From Azolla caroliniana (lineage: Eukaryota; Plantae; Polypodiophyta), in contig JBHGNT010000018.1 of NCBI GenBank assembly GCA_043228905.1, positions 14,880,001 to 14,944,000 on the forward strand: a DNA stretch of 64,000 nucleotides, in the 5' to 3' direction. Within the stretch, counting starts at the first letter, position 1; each line of letters opens with the position of its first letter. The position numbers and the translations under genes were made by a program. Under the pieces are notes generated by a model. It saw nothing but the letters and a program-made list of their open reading frames with translations. It ran no database searches and was not told the origin of the DNA. Below are positions 11,820 to 23,600 of the stretch, piece after piece.

Positions 11820-12432
11820 ACAGTAGCGGCAACTGAGTATAGAATGATGGCAATGGAGGAGAGAACCCTGTCACATTGAACAGTTACTGATGATGCTTGG
11901 AACGCACATAGAAGGCACCTGAGAGTAGAGTGGCACAGAGAAGAGAACCCCGTCAGATTGAACAGTTACCAATGATGCTTGGAACGCACAGTAGCGGCCC
12001 CTGAGTGTAGAGTGGCAAAGAGAAGAGAACCCCGTCAGATTGAACAGCTCTTTGAGGATGCTTGGAACGCACAGTAGCGGCCCCTGAGTGTAGAGTGGCA
12101 AAGAGAAGAGAACCCAATCAGATTGAACAGCTCTTTGATGATGCTTGGAACGCACAGTAGTAGCCCCTGAGTGTAGAGTGGCACAGAGAAGAGAACCCTG
12201 TTAGATTGAACAGCTCTTTGATGATGCTTGGAACGCACAGTAGCGGCCCCTGAGTGTAGAGTGGCACGGAGAAGAGAACCCCATCAGATTGAACAGCTCT
12301 TTGATGATGCTTGGAATGCACAGTAGTGGCCCCTGAGTGTAGAGTGTCACAGAGAAGAGAACCCCGTCAGATTGAGCAGCTCTTTGATTATGCTTGGAAT
12401 GCACAGTAGCGGCCCCTCAGTGTAGAGTGGCG
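11820..12432. repeat. 83-bp tandem minisatellite (about 7 copies, decaying leftwards) upstream of the transposase
   Basis: gcacagtagcggcccctgagtgtagagtggc...gatgcttggaac units at 83-bp spacing (11986, 12069, 12152, 12235, 12318, 12401). Confidence 0.92.
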
Positions 12433-13618
12433 GCAGGTGGACTCGATAGGGTTAAGCAACAGTGGTAGCAACTAACCCACAGTACTCAACTAGAGATGGC
12501 CTACGTGATGTGGCAAAGGATCATGCATAATGGACCTAGGAATTCGATATATAATTTATGGTACACATTTATAGTGCACACATCAATTTATGTTGCACAT
12601 TTATGGCACTCATTTACATATGTAATTAAAACACTCTAGTATTTTCAATGGTAGTTTTTTGCATACTTAATTTATTAATGATGGCTTTTTACTAAAATGA
12701 CTATTTATCAATAGTAGTTTTTTGCATAGCTAATTAGCTATGTCAAGGACATAGCTAATTGTTTCCACTCGCATGCTTTCACCCTAATCTCTTCTTTCTC
12801 CCTCATTTAGTCACAATTATTCGGTTAGAAAGCCTAAATAAAATTCTTTAATCATTGGATAGATTACTTCTTCCTTCTCCTCAATCTATGGAAAGGAGTT
12901 ATTGCAGAAAATTGCTTCTTTATTTCTCCCTACACTCGTTTTCTGTTGAAATATTGCACAACTTGGAGGCATAAGTAGTTTCTTAGTTCTCCCTAGTTTA
13001 GTCTTCTTTGTTTCATCGAAGAATAAGCTTTATGGGGGATGATAAGCTTTATGGTCAATCGATGTAATGTGTTCTATATACCACACTCTTACTCTCTTCT
13101 CAAGCATTCTTCAATGATTATTAATTTGATCAAAGCTAATTATCGGTGATTCAGTAGAGATGTTAAATCACCGCCACGACGCCATCCAAGATTGTTTGGA
13201 GTTTTTCCTATTGAATTCATCAAAAGACAAATTCCATTAATTTATATGCATAAATAGACTATTGTATAGTTCAACATGTTACATGTATGGTTTGGTTATA
13301 TGTGTGTCTATCCCTTCTTTAATATAACAATGTTGGTGGCAGATAGAGACATTGATAGCTTGTGGTGGCTTATCAAAGAATAGTCTCTTCATTCAAGAGC
13401 ATGCCTATATCACAGGTAAAAGTTCCATATGATGCTCTTTATAATTCATTTCTAATGAATAATAATTTTTTCCTCTTAATATGGATGGAATGTCATTTGC
13501 TTAGGTAGCTAGCTTCCATTCAGATTTGTCATTTGGTTATGCTTATCATTCAAACAATCTCTTCCTACATTGTTACATCACATGATTTCCTTATTCACAT
13601 ATTTAACATTGTGAATTC

Positions 13619-16438
13619 ATGAATCTAGGAAAATATAAAAGACAACTTCGAATCTCTAGAACTTGTCATACTCAATCAACTATGCCATGCAAGGAATCCC
13701 CCTTATGGGATAAATATTGTGTGAACAAACAAGCTGGGAAGTCATCTGGGAACTATTATTGGGATTGTAGATTATGTGGTTTTCATGGGTCTGGGACACT
13801 AACACATTTAGTTGCTCACCTTGCTGGAATTAAAGGTGAAGGTATAGACAAGTGTGTGCAAGTAACTCTAGAGGCATATCAAGAGGCTATGGTAGTAGCA
13901 CAAGAAAGTGAATTGACTCGCAAGAAGCTAAAACGCATTAAAGAAGTGGAAGTCATGGAACAATAAATTGAGCTTCAAGAAGGCATTGTGGATTCAATGG
14001 TTGATTCAATGTTCCAATCACAACCTTCAATGGCTAGCATAAGTGCCTCATCTAAGAAGGATTCAATAGACCAAATTCCTATTGATATTGAAGATACAGA
14101 AGGTTCAAGAAGAAAAGGTCTCACTCAAAGCACGATAAGGAGAGGATCAAATGTTGCTATGTTGATCAAGAAAGACCATGCAAACACAATGTTGGTTAGA
14201 TGCATTGTGGAAGGTAATCTAACTTTTAATCTTTTGAAAATGTCATGTTGGAGGAACATGTTGTTATCTTTCTCTGATATTGGGGAAAAGTATAGTGGTA
14301 TTACCTACAATGATTTAAGAGCTAAATATTTAAAGAAAGAGCATTTGAATGTGCAACACAAAGTGGAAAATGTGAAAGCCCTTTGGCCAAAATATGGAGT
14401 TACCATACTTTCAGATGGATGGATTGACACTAGCAAGCGAGCACTTGTGAATATTTTGGTCTCATGTTGTTATGGCACTATGTACCTTAAAACTATTGAT
14501 TGTAGTGGTGTTTCTACAAGGGTCGGCGGTCCATGGTTGGCTTAAATGCTATCAGCTGTAATAAATGAAGTAAAAGTAGAAAATGTGGTGCAAATCGTCA
14601 CTGACAATGCATCTAATTGTGTTAGCATGGGTCACATTCTAGAGACTAAATTCCCAAGCCTTGTATGGACTCCTTGTGCATCACATTGTTTAGATTTATT
14701 GCTAGAGGATATTGGGAAGTTGTCTTGGGTTCGTGGAGTGCACAAGAAAGCAAATTATGTGGTTAGACTATTCGCCAAGAAAAGGAATGCACGAAAAAAT
14801 TTCAGCAACTATTCATCTCTTGTGCTCCTTAGGCTAAGTGCCACTCGATTTGGCTATATCCTTATTGTCCTTGAGAGGCTGGCAAGAGTTTGGAGAGCCC
14901 TAGAACAAACTGTGGTTAGTAACTATTGGGAGGATTGGAGTGACTCCAAAAAGCCAGATGTTGTCAAGGTGAAGTTCATTGTGCAAGATAGCTCTACTTT
15001 GCCTTCAATTATGATTGTAATTTCGATTATGCGTCCATTGTTTTCTGTTTTGCAGCTAACTGATCGTGAAGGATCTACAATGGGCTTACTTTATGAGTTC
15101 ATGAGGAGGGCTAGAGACACATTGGAACAAGGAGCAAGAGAACACACATTACACAAGGACAGGTAATATGTTTCTATTCTAATATTATTATTTCTATGTG
15201 CTCTGTAGTATGTACAATTGTTGTTTATAGCATCTTTTTCATTTCTTTGAATCATTGTTGTTGTCTATATTATGCATATTTCGGTAACTGATTTCCAGTT
15301 TTGATTTGAGTTTGTCAAATGTTAATGCAGATATAAAGAGGTTTTGGAATGTTTTGATTGTCGTTGGTCGTGGTTCAAAAAGCCAATTCATATTGTTGCA
15401 CATATTTTTCATCCTTTATGGAAGCCCAAAGATCAACCAATTATTATGAATGCAGAGATGATGGATGGAGGGCTTGCATATATTCAAAAAGTATATTCTA
15501 TAGATGAATGTGAAATCTTGCAAGATCAATTTGACATGTATAGAAATGGTGTGGGCCGATTTAGCAATGAGCTATCAAAGTCACACATTGCAAAATGTAA
15601 ACCTGTTTCATGGTGGGAAAGATATGGAGACAATGTGCCCTTGCTACAGTCATTAGCTTGTAGAGTATTGTCTTAGGTATTATAGCTCATTTTTTTATTA
15701 ATGTTTCAATTTTATTACTCTTCTACAATGACATGTATTGTTTGCTTAATACTTTGTGTCATAGGATTGCTCTTCTAGAGCTGCTGAAAGAAATTGGAAT
15801 GCACATGCATTGGCACATACAAAAAGGAGGAACTGTTTGAAGGTGAAACAAGTGGAGAGATTAGTATATGTTAGAGAAAACTTAAGGCTTGTTCAAAGCT
15901 TTCAAACTCATGCAGGTCTACATCTTTCTTACTCATGTTTGACACTTGAAAGTTTATGTTTAGAAAATCATTTGTAGGTTAATTAACGAACCTTGTTAAT
16001 TGGTAAATATATTATATGATTTAAGTAAATCCTGATGAGATAGACATTGACAAGACTGTTGAAATGCCTCCATCAACAACCAATATTGATACTCAAGTCG
16101 CACAAGCATATTTTGAGGAAGCAGAGGCTATGCATATTGGTCGGGTTACTCAAAGTAGATCTAAGTTTGCCAATATGATAGTGGACGAAGGATTGGTGGG
16201 ATCAAGTTCTAGGACTATTGGAAGAGTTTGCGCGAGAGTTGCAAGTACAAGAAGGGTAAATACTCAACAAACTACAATTGAGGCTTGCAATGTTGAATAT
16301 GGAAATGATGATGGAGATCAAGAGGATGAAGACATTGACAATGCCATAGTTTATTCATCTTCTGATAGTGATTATGTGGACAACTATGATGATACAACAA
16401 TGGAATCTTCTAATGATGATGTTGAAGAAGAAACATAA
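13619..16438 (+). pseudogene. hAT transposase (BED zinc finger, DUF659-type catalytic region, dimerisation domain, acidic tail)
   Basis: WDKYC..WDCRLCG..LVAHLAG BED finger. Catalytic motifs LSDGW, VTDNASN, CASHCLDL; PVSWWERYG...LACRVLS; exon from 15765 DCSSRAAERNWN. In-frame stops at 13964, 14543 and 15674. Confidence 0.92.
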
Positions 16439-16930
16439 TCGAAAATTGCATGGATTGTTGGTTTTTACATATTTATTTGAATTTAAGAACCAATAACTAT
16501 GAGTATGAAGAAAGTTTTAAATTTTAAAAATTTTTTGATTACTTTATTCATTTTCTATGAGGATTGAAATAATATGTGTTTTGATTCAAACTTCAATTAT
16601 GTTCTTGATTCTTGAATCTCCACTTTCATTTTAAAATATGTATACCACATGTATTGAAACATAGATAACCATGTGTTATCCATGGGAAATAAAAATAATT
16701 TGTATTTACTATATAGTAAATACTATTCAAATCCCAGTATCTTTGCATTCAACATCAATGGTGTTAAAGTATTCAACGTATTCAAAACGTATTTAACGTA
16801 CTCAACGAACTCAACGTATTTTACCTTTAAATACGTATTCTAAGAACTTATAAAAATAATTTAGAATACTTATAAAATACGTAACATATGTATTGTACGT
16901 GTACGGTATGCTATGTATGTTACAACCATG

Positions 16931-19900
16931 GAATGCACCATTGGAGCTGGTGCATACTGATGTGTGTCAAGTGGGCACGAAGTCACATGCCGGATCGCAA
17001 TACTTTGTGACGTTCATAGATGACCACAGCAGGAAGCTGTGGGTCTCACCGTTGAAGACGAAGGATCAGGTATTGTCTGTGTTCAAGGAACTCCACGTGA
17101 GAGTGGAAAGGGAAACCGACTGGAAGCTAAAGGCGGTTCGAGCAGATAATGGAGGAGAGTACCAGGGGTAGTTCGAGGAGTATTGTCGATCGAAGGGAAT
17201 CCGGCTCCAATTTACCATGCCGAAGACGCCGAAACTAAATGGGTTGGCCGAATGGATGAACTAGACCGTGATGGAGAGAATCCGGAGCATGCTGGCACAT
17301 GCAAAGCTACCCAAGATGTTTTGGGCTAAGGCGCTGATGACGGCGACGTATGTGATAAACATATCACCCTCAGCACCCTTGGACGGAGACACACCACAGA
17401 GAGTATGGACCGGGAAAGATGTGTCTTACTAGCATCTGAAGGTGTTCGAGTGTCTCGCATATGTGCATGTTGCAAAGGACAGGAGAGCAAAGCTGGATCC
17501 GAAGTCCAGGCCATGCATATTCCTTGGATACAACGATGATGAGTTTGGTTATCGGGTGTGGGATCTGGTTGACATAAAGGTGATCTGGAGTCGAGACATA
17601 GTCTTCATGGAAGACAGGACCATTGCCGACTAGGAGTCGGAGAAGAAGGTGAGGACAATGGAAACTGGTTTGAGGACACAAGGATTTACCCGGTTGGAAA
17701 CCGGATGTTAGCCGGTAACCGGATGACACTCGACGAACTGGCCAGATTCGGACAAGAAACTGAACTAACCAAAGAAGAAGAAGAAGAAGACACGGGAACT
17801 GGACAAGATCCCGAATCATATTCGGATGAAGAGCAAACGGAGGAACCGGTAGTCAAAAACCAAGGACGAAAATACCCTCTCAAAGAAAGAAAGATATATT
17901 AACATCTTCTAAGGCCAAAATTGGCCCATGAGACAAATGGTTTACAACAAAAAATGGGATATTTACCCATTCATCGAAAGTAAAAAATAAAAATAAAAAT
18001 AGAGTTTTAAGCTAAATTGTTCTAATAAAATAAAATAACAAACATGTTCTACAATGAAAATGATGTTATACTAGGCCTAATTTCATTTCCATCCAAGTCT
18101 CTCGAAGAGAAGCATGAGGTCAAAGGGTTTCAATGTGGATGTGGCCTGTGGCCCCAATGTAAAAGGTACCCCAACCATAGCTTCTAGTCTACGTAGTTCA
18201 CGTTCCCTTATCTTCTTAATCCTTTCTACTCCGTGTTGACTTGTTTTGAAGCCCAAAATCCGAGGGAATTTGGTTGTCCTTTGCGTTTCAGTTTCCTCAA
18301 GAGAGAGGTCAAGCAGCGTAAGTGTATCCACATTCATCGTCTCCCCTTGATCCTGAAAAATTGCATTAGTTACAAGTTGATGAATAGTAAAAGAGAGAGA
18401 AGAGTCCCCTGGAGATTTCCGGATGCAGAGCATGTATTGCTGACCGATGAGGGGGAGCTAGAAAGCTTCAAAGAAGCAAAGAAAGACACTCATAGCCGCA
18501 AGTGGTTAGGTGCCATGCAAGATGAGATGGATTCCCTGCATGAGAACAACACATACGAACTAACAGAATTACCGAAAGGAAAGAGGGCACGCCGAAACAA
18601 GTGGGTGTACAAGCTGAAACTAGGAGTTGCCAGAAATCCACACCTTTCTTCTGTTGGTGAAGGGTTTCCAATAGAAGAAAGGTGTGGATTTCGATGAGAT
18701 CTTTGCCCCGGTAGTAAAGATGGCATCCATCTGGACGGTATTGAGCATAGTGGCAAGCATAGACCTCGAGGTAGAGCAATTGGACGTCAAGACGGCATTC
18801 CTACATGGCGACCTCGAAGAAGAGATCTACATGCATCAACTTGAAGGATTTGAGAAGAAAGGGAAGGAGCACCTGGTGTGGCGGCTGAAGAAGAGCTTAT
18901 ACGGATTGGAGCAAGCCCCCCGGAAATGGTACCGGAAGTTCGACTCCTTCATGATCAATCAAGGGTACCACAAAACGCAAGCCGATCACTGCGTGTTTGT
19001 GAAGAAATTCGATGGAGGCGATTTCCTGATACTCCTTCTATACCTGGATGACATGTTGATCGTCGGACCGGACCGAACCAAAATCAGGATGCTGAAGAAG
19101 GCCTTCAACCGAACCTTCTCCATGAAAGATTTGGGTCCGGCAAGACAAATCTTAGGGATGCACATCATCTGGGACCAGAAGAAGAAGCTATTGTGGTTGT
19201 CACAAGAAAAGTACGTGAGAAAGGTGAGAAAGGTGTAACACTCTCGGCAAACTTCAAGCTATCCGGAAAGCAAAGCCCGAAGAAAAAGGCAGAGAAGAAG
19301 GATATGATGAAGATACCATATGCCTCCGCCATCGGGAGCTTGATGTACGCAATGGTGTGTACCCGGACGGATATTGGATATGCAGTCGAAGTGGTGAGTT
19401 AGTTCATGAGCAATCCCAGAAAAGAGCACTGGAACGCGGTCAAGTGGATTCAAATATGTCGGCTAATGCAGATACCAGCGGTCTACATCCAGATATGTTA
19501 TGACTTATGCATGGGGAGTTGTATCGTGGCAATGGAGGTTGCACAAGTCTGTTGCACTATCAACAACGGAAGCGGAGTATATGGCAGTTGTGGAAGCCGG
19601 CAAGGAAGTAATCTGGATGAAGGACTTCATTGGAGAGTGGGATCCGACAGGACCAATACCGGCTCTACTGCGACAGTCAAAGTGTCATCCAACTTGCGAA
19701 GAATGTGGCCTACCATTCCCGGACCAAGCACATCCAGAGCAGATATCACTGGCTCTGGGAGAAGGTAGAAGATCAAGACTTCGTGCTGACAAAGATCCAC
19801 ACGAAGGAGAATGGATCAGATATGTTGACCAAGGTGCTTTCCGCCGACAAGTTGAACGCATGCCGAAGACAGATCGGATTAACGAGAAATTCCATGTCGG

Positions 19901-20182
19901 AGTGAAGGGGGAGTTTGTTGGGAATTCGGTCCCTCCATATGAGAACCGAACGAGTCAGATCAGACGAGCCAAATGAAGGAACTGGATCCGAAAGGGATCT
20001 GGATGAGACCCGGAAACCAAATCGAGTGAATCTGGATGGATCCGGTGCAAACCAGATCCAAGGACATATGTGTAAATATGTTTCATGGTGAGCCCATCCA
20101 GGCTATATTGGTAAATAGCCCTAAAGTCATATAACTATAAATATGACTTAGGGCAATCACTTTATACAAGAGAGGTGGTTAT
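16931..20182 (+). mobile_element. Decayed Ty1/copia family A, 3' part: integrase, RT, RNase H, PPT and partial 3' LTR
   Basis: LVHTDVC, RADNGGEY, LDVKTAFLHG, YLDDM, TEAEY, HSRTKHI. PPT gaagggggag around 19904-19913, LTR start tgttggg at 19916. Confidence 0.92.
17882..18390 (-). other. About 0.5-kb foreign insertion in the copia integrase-RT linker, possibly a LINE 3' fragment
   Basis: The homologous copy at about 62915 reads ataccctctaagagagagaag contiguously; here that motif is split by unrelated sequence. Confidence 0.5.
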
Positions 20183-20617
20183 TGTTAGAAGGATTTGCTT
20201 CATGATAGAAAAATAAACCAAAATATTGTTTTGAATAACATTTGAGAGCCTTGAACCCACAACCTCACATACCAAATGCAAGGCAAATGCCATTAAGCTA
20301 GGTCATTTGCTCTTTCAAAATTATATTTTAATGTTTGTACTTATGCCATGTATATCTTCATACATGAAAGCTCAAATTAGTGGGATGTTTGTCATGCATC
20401 ACATCAATTCATGTACTACATGCATATCTCGTACCCTCACATGCATCATATGCATGGGGGCACCTATTTAAAGAGGGAAATGGAAAAGAGTGGAGATAAC
20501 ATGAGACGAGGAATATTATTGTAATAGGTGGGACAAGCTATATTATTGTACAAGAAATATTTAAATGTAATCATCTTCAAATATCAATATAAGTTATTTC
20601 CATTTCTCCTCTTTCTT
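20183..20617. mobile_element. LTR-like fragment containing an antisense tRNA-like segment
   Basis: Starts tgttag. The minus strand of 20244-20302 has A-box-like tagcttaatgg and B-box-like ggttcaagg. TATA-like tatttaaa near 20465. Confidence 0.4.
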
Positions 20618-23600
20618 TGACAAGAAGCCCGGTGCTTACTTCCCGGATTCGCAATTTTCTTTTCGTTTGCTCTTGTACCCCAAGATCGATGCGACAATAT
20701 GGAAACCCTAAAGCGAGAGAAAACCACAAAGAACAGAGCTTCACTATACAGTGGATATACAATGACAAGATTAGAGTACAACATTCTCTACACCGAGTGT
20801 ATCAGTCACACAGGGTTCTTGGCGTATGCTATTATAGAACACAGCTATGGCGCCGCTCGCTCTCTCTCCTCTCATTCTAACACTTCTCTATCTCTAGCTA
20901 CAACAGAGAATCACACATTGTTCTCACCCAACCACATTGTTTGCCCTAGGTGTATTTATACTAATACACAATATTGGCTATTTGCAAATGTAGCCCCTAC
21001 TATACATCACTACTATTATTATCTATAATAATAAGTAGGTATCAGCCGACTCTAGTGTCGACTGTCTAGTCGGTCTGACTAGTCGGCCTGGTCATCGACC
21101 ATCTTGTCGGCTCAACTAGTCGGTTGCGTCTTCGACCTGGATCTCCTTTGTGTCGACTCACCTAGGCGACTCTCACAGTCGATTTCCTCGTAGTCAACTC
21201 TTCAACCATCGATGCTCGGCCCAAACAGTCGGCTCCTCCCACTAGAGGGACATATTCCTAACAAAATCCCCCTTCACTCCTATGGGGAGGAGTCCGTTAT
21301 TCCCGTCCTCTGTCAACAGACTCTGAGTCTATCCATCGGTAGGTTCTTTGTTAGCATGTTGGATCCATTGTCGTCAGTATTGATCTTCACGAGGGTAAAC
21401 TCTCCTTCTTCGACTTTCTCCCGCAATCAGTGATACCTTCTCTGTATATGCTTGGTTCGGGAGTGATATGCAACATTCTTGGCTAGATGTATGGCACTCT
21501 GAATGTCACAATGAAGCAAGAAATCCCTTTGCTTCATCCCCAACTCGATGAGAAAGTTTCTCATCCAAATGATCTCCTTACTGGCCTCTATTGCTGCCAT
21601 ATAGCCGTGACTGCCACGACACAACTCCCCCTGCCTAGGTCATCACGTACCCTGACGTGGATCGGCTTGAGTCTACATCCCCCAACATGTCCGAGTCGGT
21701 AAACCCCTCGAGCATGGGTTTTCCAACACCATACTTAAGACACACACCCGAGGTGCCTTTTAAGTACCTGAGTATCCATTTCACCGTTGCCTAGTGTTCT
21801 CGTCATGGATTACTCATGTATCAGCGTACTATTCCCAAAAAAAATGCTATGACTGGTCTCGTCTAGACCATAGCGTACATTAAACTACTAACAACTGAGG
21901 CATATGGTACTTTCCTCATCTCAACCTTTTCTTTCTCCCCTCTCGGGCATTGATTTGCATTCAACTTGCAATTAGTCGGCAACACAGAGTCGGTCGTCTT
22001 TGCTTCTGACATGTTGAATCTTTCTAGGATCTTCATCATGTATTTCTCTTGTGACAACCACAACACTTTCTTAGTTCTATCCCGAGCTATGTGCATCCCT
22101 AAGATCTGTTTAGCCGGTCCAAGATCTTTCATGGCAAACGATTTTCCTAGAGCTTACTTCAAGCTTCTGATCTTCCTTGTGTTTGACCGACTATCAACAT
22201 ATCGTCTACATATAAGAAGAGAACCAAGAAATCACCTTCTTCGTACCTTTTGACGAACACACAGTGATCAGTCTGTGTTTTCTGGAATCCATGTTCCACC
22301 ATGAAGGATTCAAACTTCTTGTACCATTGGCATGGAGCTTGTTTCAGACCATACAAGCTTTTCTTCAGTCGACACACCAGATTCTCTTTCCCTTCTTCCA
22401 CAAAGCCTTCGGACTGCTGCATGTAAATTTCTTCATCCAACTCCCCATGCAAGAATGTCGTCTTGACATCCAATTGTTCGATCTCCAGTTCCATGCTAGC
22501 AGCTATGCTCAGAACAATTCTAATGAATGTCATCTTCATGACTGGAGCGAATATTTCAATAAAGTCGACACCCTTTTTCTGTTGGAAACCCTTCACCACA
22601 ATGGGGGCTTTATACCTAGGCGCATTGTCGACTTCTCCAATCTTCACCATGTAGACCCATTTGTTCATGAGTCCTCTCTTACCTTTCCGTAATTTTACCA
22701 GGTGGTAAGTGTGGTTTTCGTGCAAGGAGTCCATCTCATCTTGCATTGCGCTCAGCCATTTCTCTCTGTGCTCGTCGGCAATGGCTTCATCATAGCACTC
22801 TCGCTCACCTTCATCAATCAAGAGGGTGTATTGACTGACATATGTTGTTGATGCTCTCCTTTCTCTGAGTGGGTATCTCCTTCCACTCGTTGTCGACTCT
22901 CGTTCAGGTGTCTCTGCTGACTCCCCTCTTTGCTCAGGTTCATATATGTCGATCAGCTTCAGACGGTGGGACGACTCCAACTCGTATTCCTAGATCAATG
23001 TTAATAGCTTTGCCGACTCAGACTCATAGTCGATCGGTCTCTCCGAGTTGACCGACTTGGAATCGGTTGTGCCGACTGGCTGTCTCTGAACAGTTGAATG
23101 TGCCGGTTCACTTGGCCTCAAGTCGACAGTAGAGGAGGTTAACTGGGTAGTCAATTCTAACTTCTGTTTCTTCCAGTCCTCTATCGTCTTGTCTGCCAAG
23201 AAGACTACATCCCGACTTTCTTGTCGACTAGGTCCCATAGCCTATAGCCGAACTCATCTTCCGAGTATCCCATGAATATGCATGGCTTTGGCTTACTGTC
23301 AAGCTTTGACCTCTGATCCTTAGCCACATGCATATACACTAGGCATCCGAACACCCTTAGGTGTCGGTAGAAGACACCCTTTTCTTTCTACACCCTTTGT
23401 GGGACATCACCTTTCAATGGTACTGAGGGGGATCTGTTGATCAGATAAACAGTTGTGTACATTGCGTCAGCCTAGTATATTTTTGGCAGTTTAGCATGCA
23501 ACACCATGCTCCTTACTCTCTCCATGATTGTCCGGTTCATCCTCTCTGTGAGCCCGTTCAACTCAGGGGTCTTCGGTACTATGTATTCAATTCGAATACC

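Larger units (their letters stand above)
1970..12784. mobile_element. 10.8-kb TIR DNA transposon, Sola2-like, with convergent transposase and accessory genes
   Basis: TIRs gggtaaaagcatgcgagtggaaaca (1970-1994) and tgtttccactcgcatgctttcaccc (12760-12784), 24/25 match. 4-bp TSD taat (1966-1969, 12785-12788). GRG...CYC termini with a 4-bp TSD are Sola2 hallmarks. The Cys-rich transposase segments resemble Sola2. Boundaries are high confidence; family assignment is moderate. Confidence 0.8.
1050..16930 (+). mobile_element. hAT-superfamily DNA transposon (decayed), inserted in copia integrase and itself interrupted by the 1970-12784 element
   Basis: 8-bp TSD gaatgtac (1042-1049) / gaatgcac (16931-16938). 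Imperfect TIRs cgttgttgttaaaaaac / gtatgttacaaccatg. Subterminal acgtatt-like motifs at both ends. hAT transposase inside. Confidence 0.88.

Noticed and set aside
11820-12432. Regularly spaced repeats resembling a CRISPR array
   Set aside because: Whole 83-bp units repeat with no unique spacers, there are no cas genes, and the context is eukaryotic. The overlapping short ORFs are repeat artefacts.
1970-12784. CACTA, MULE or hAT identity for the 10.8-kb element
   Set aside because: The termini are not CACTA/G, the TSD is 4 bp rather than 3, 8 or 9-11 bp, and no motifs of those transposases are seen.
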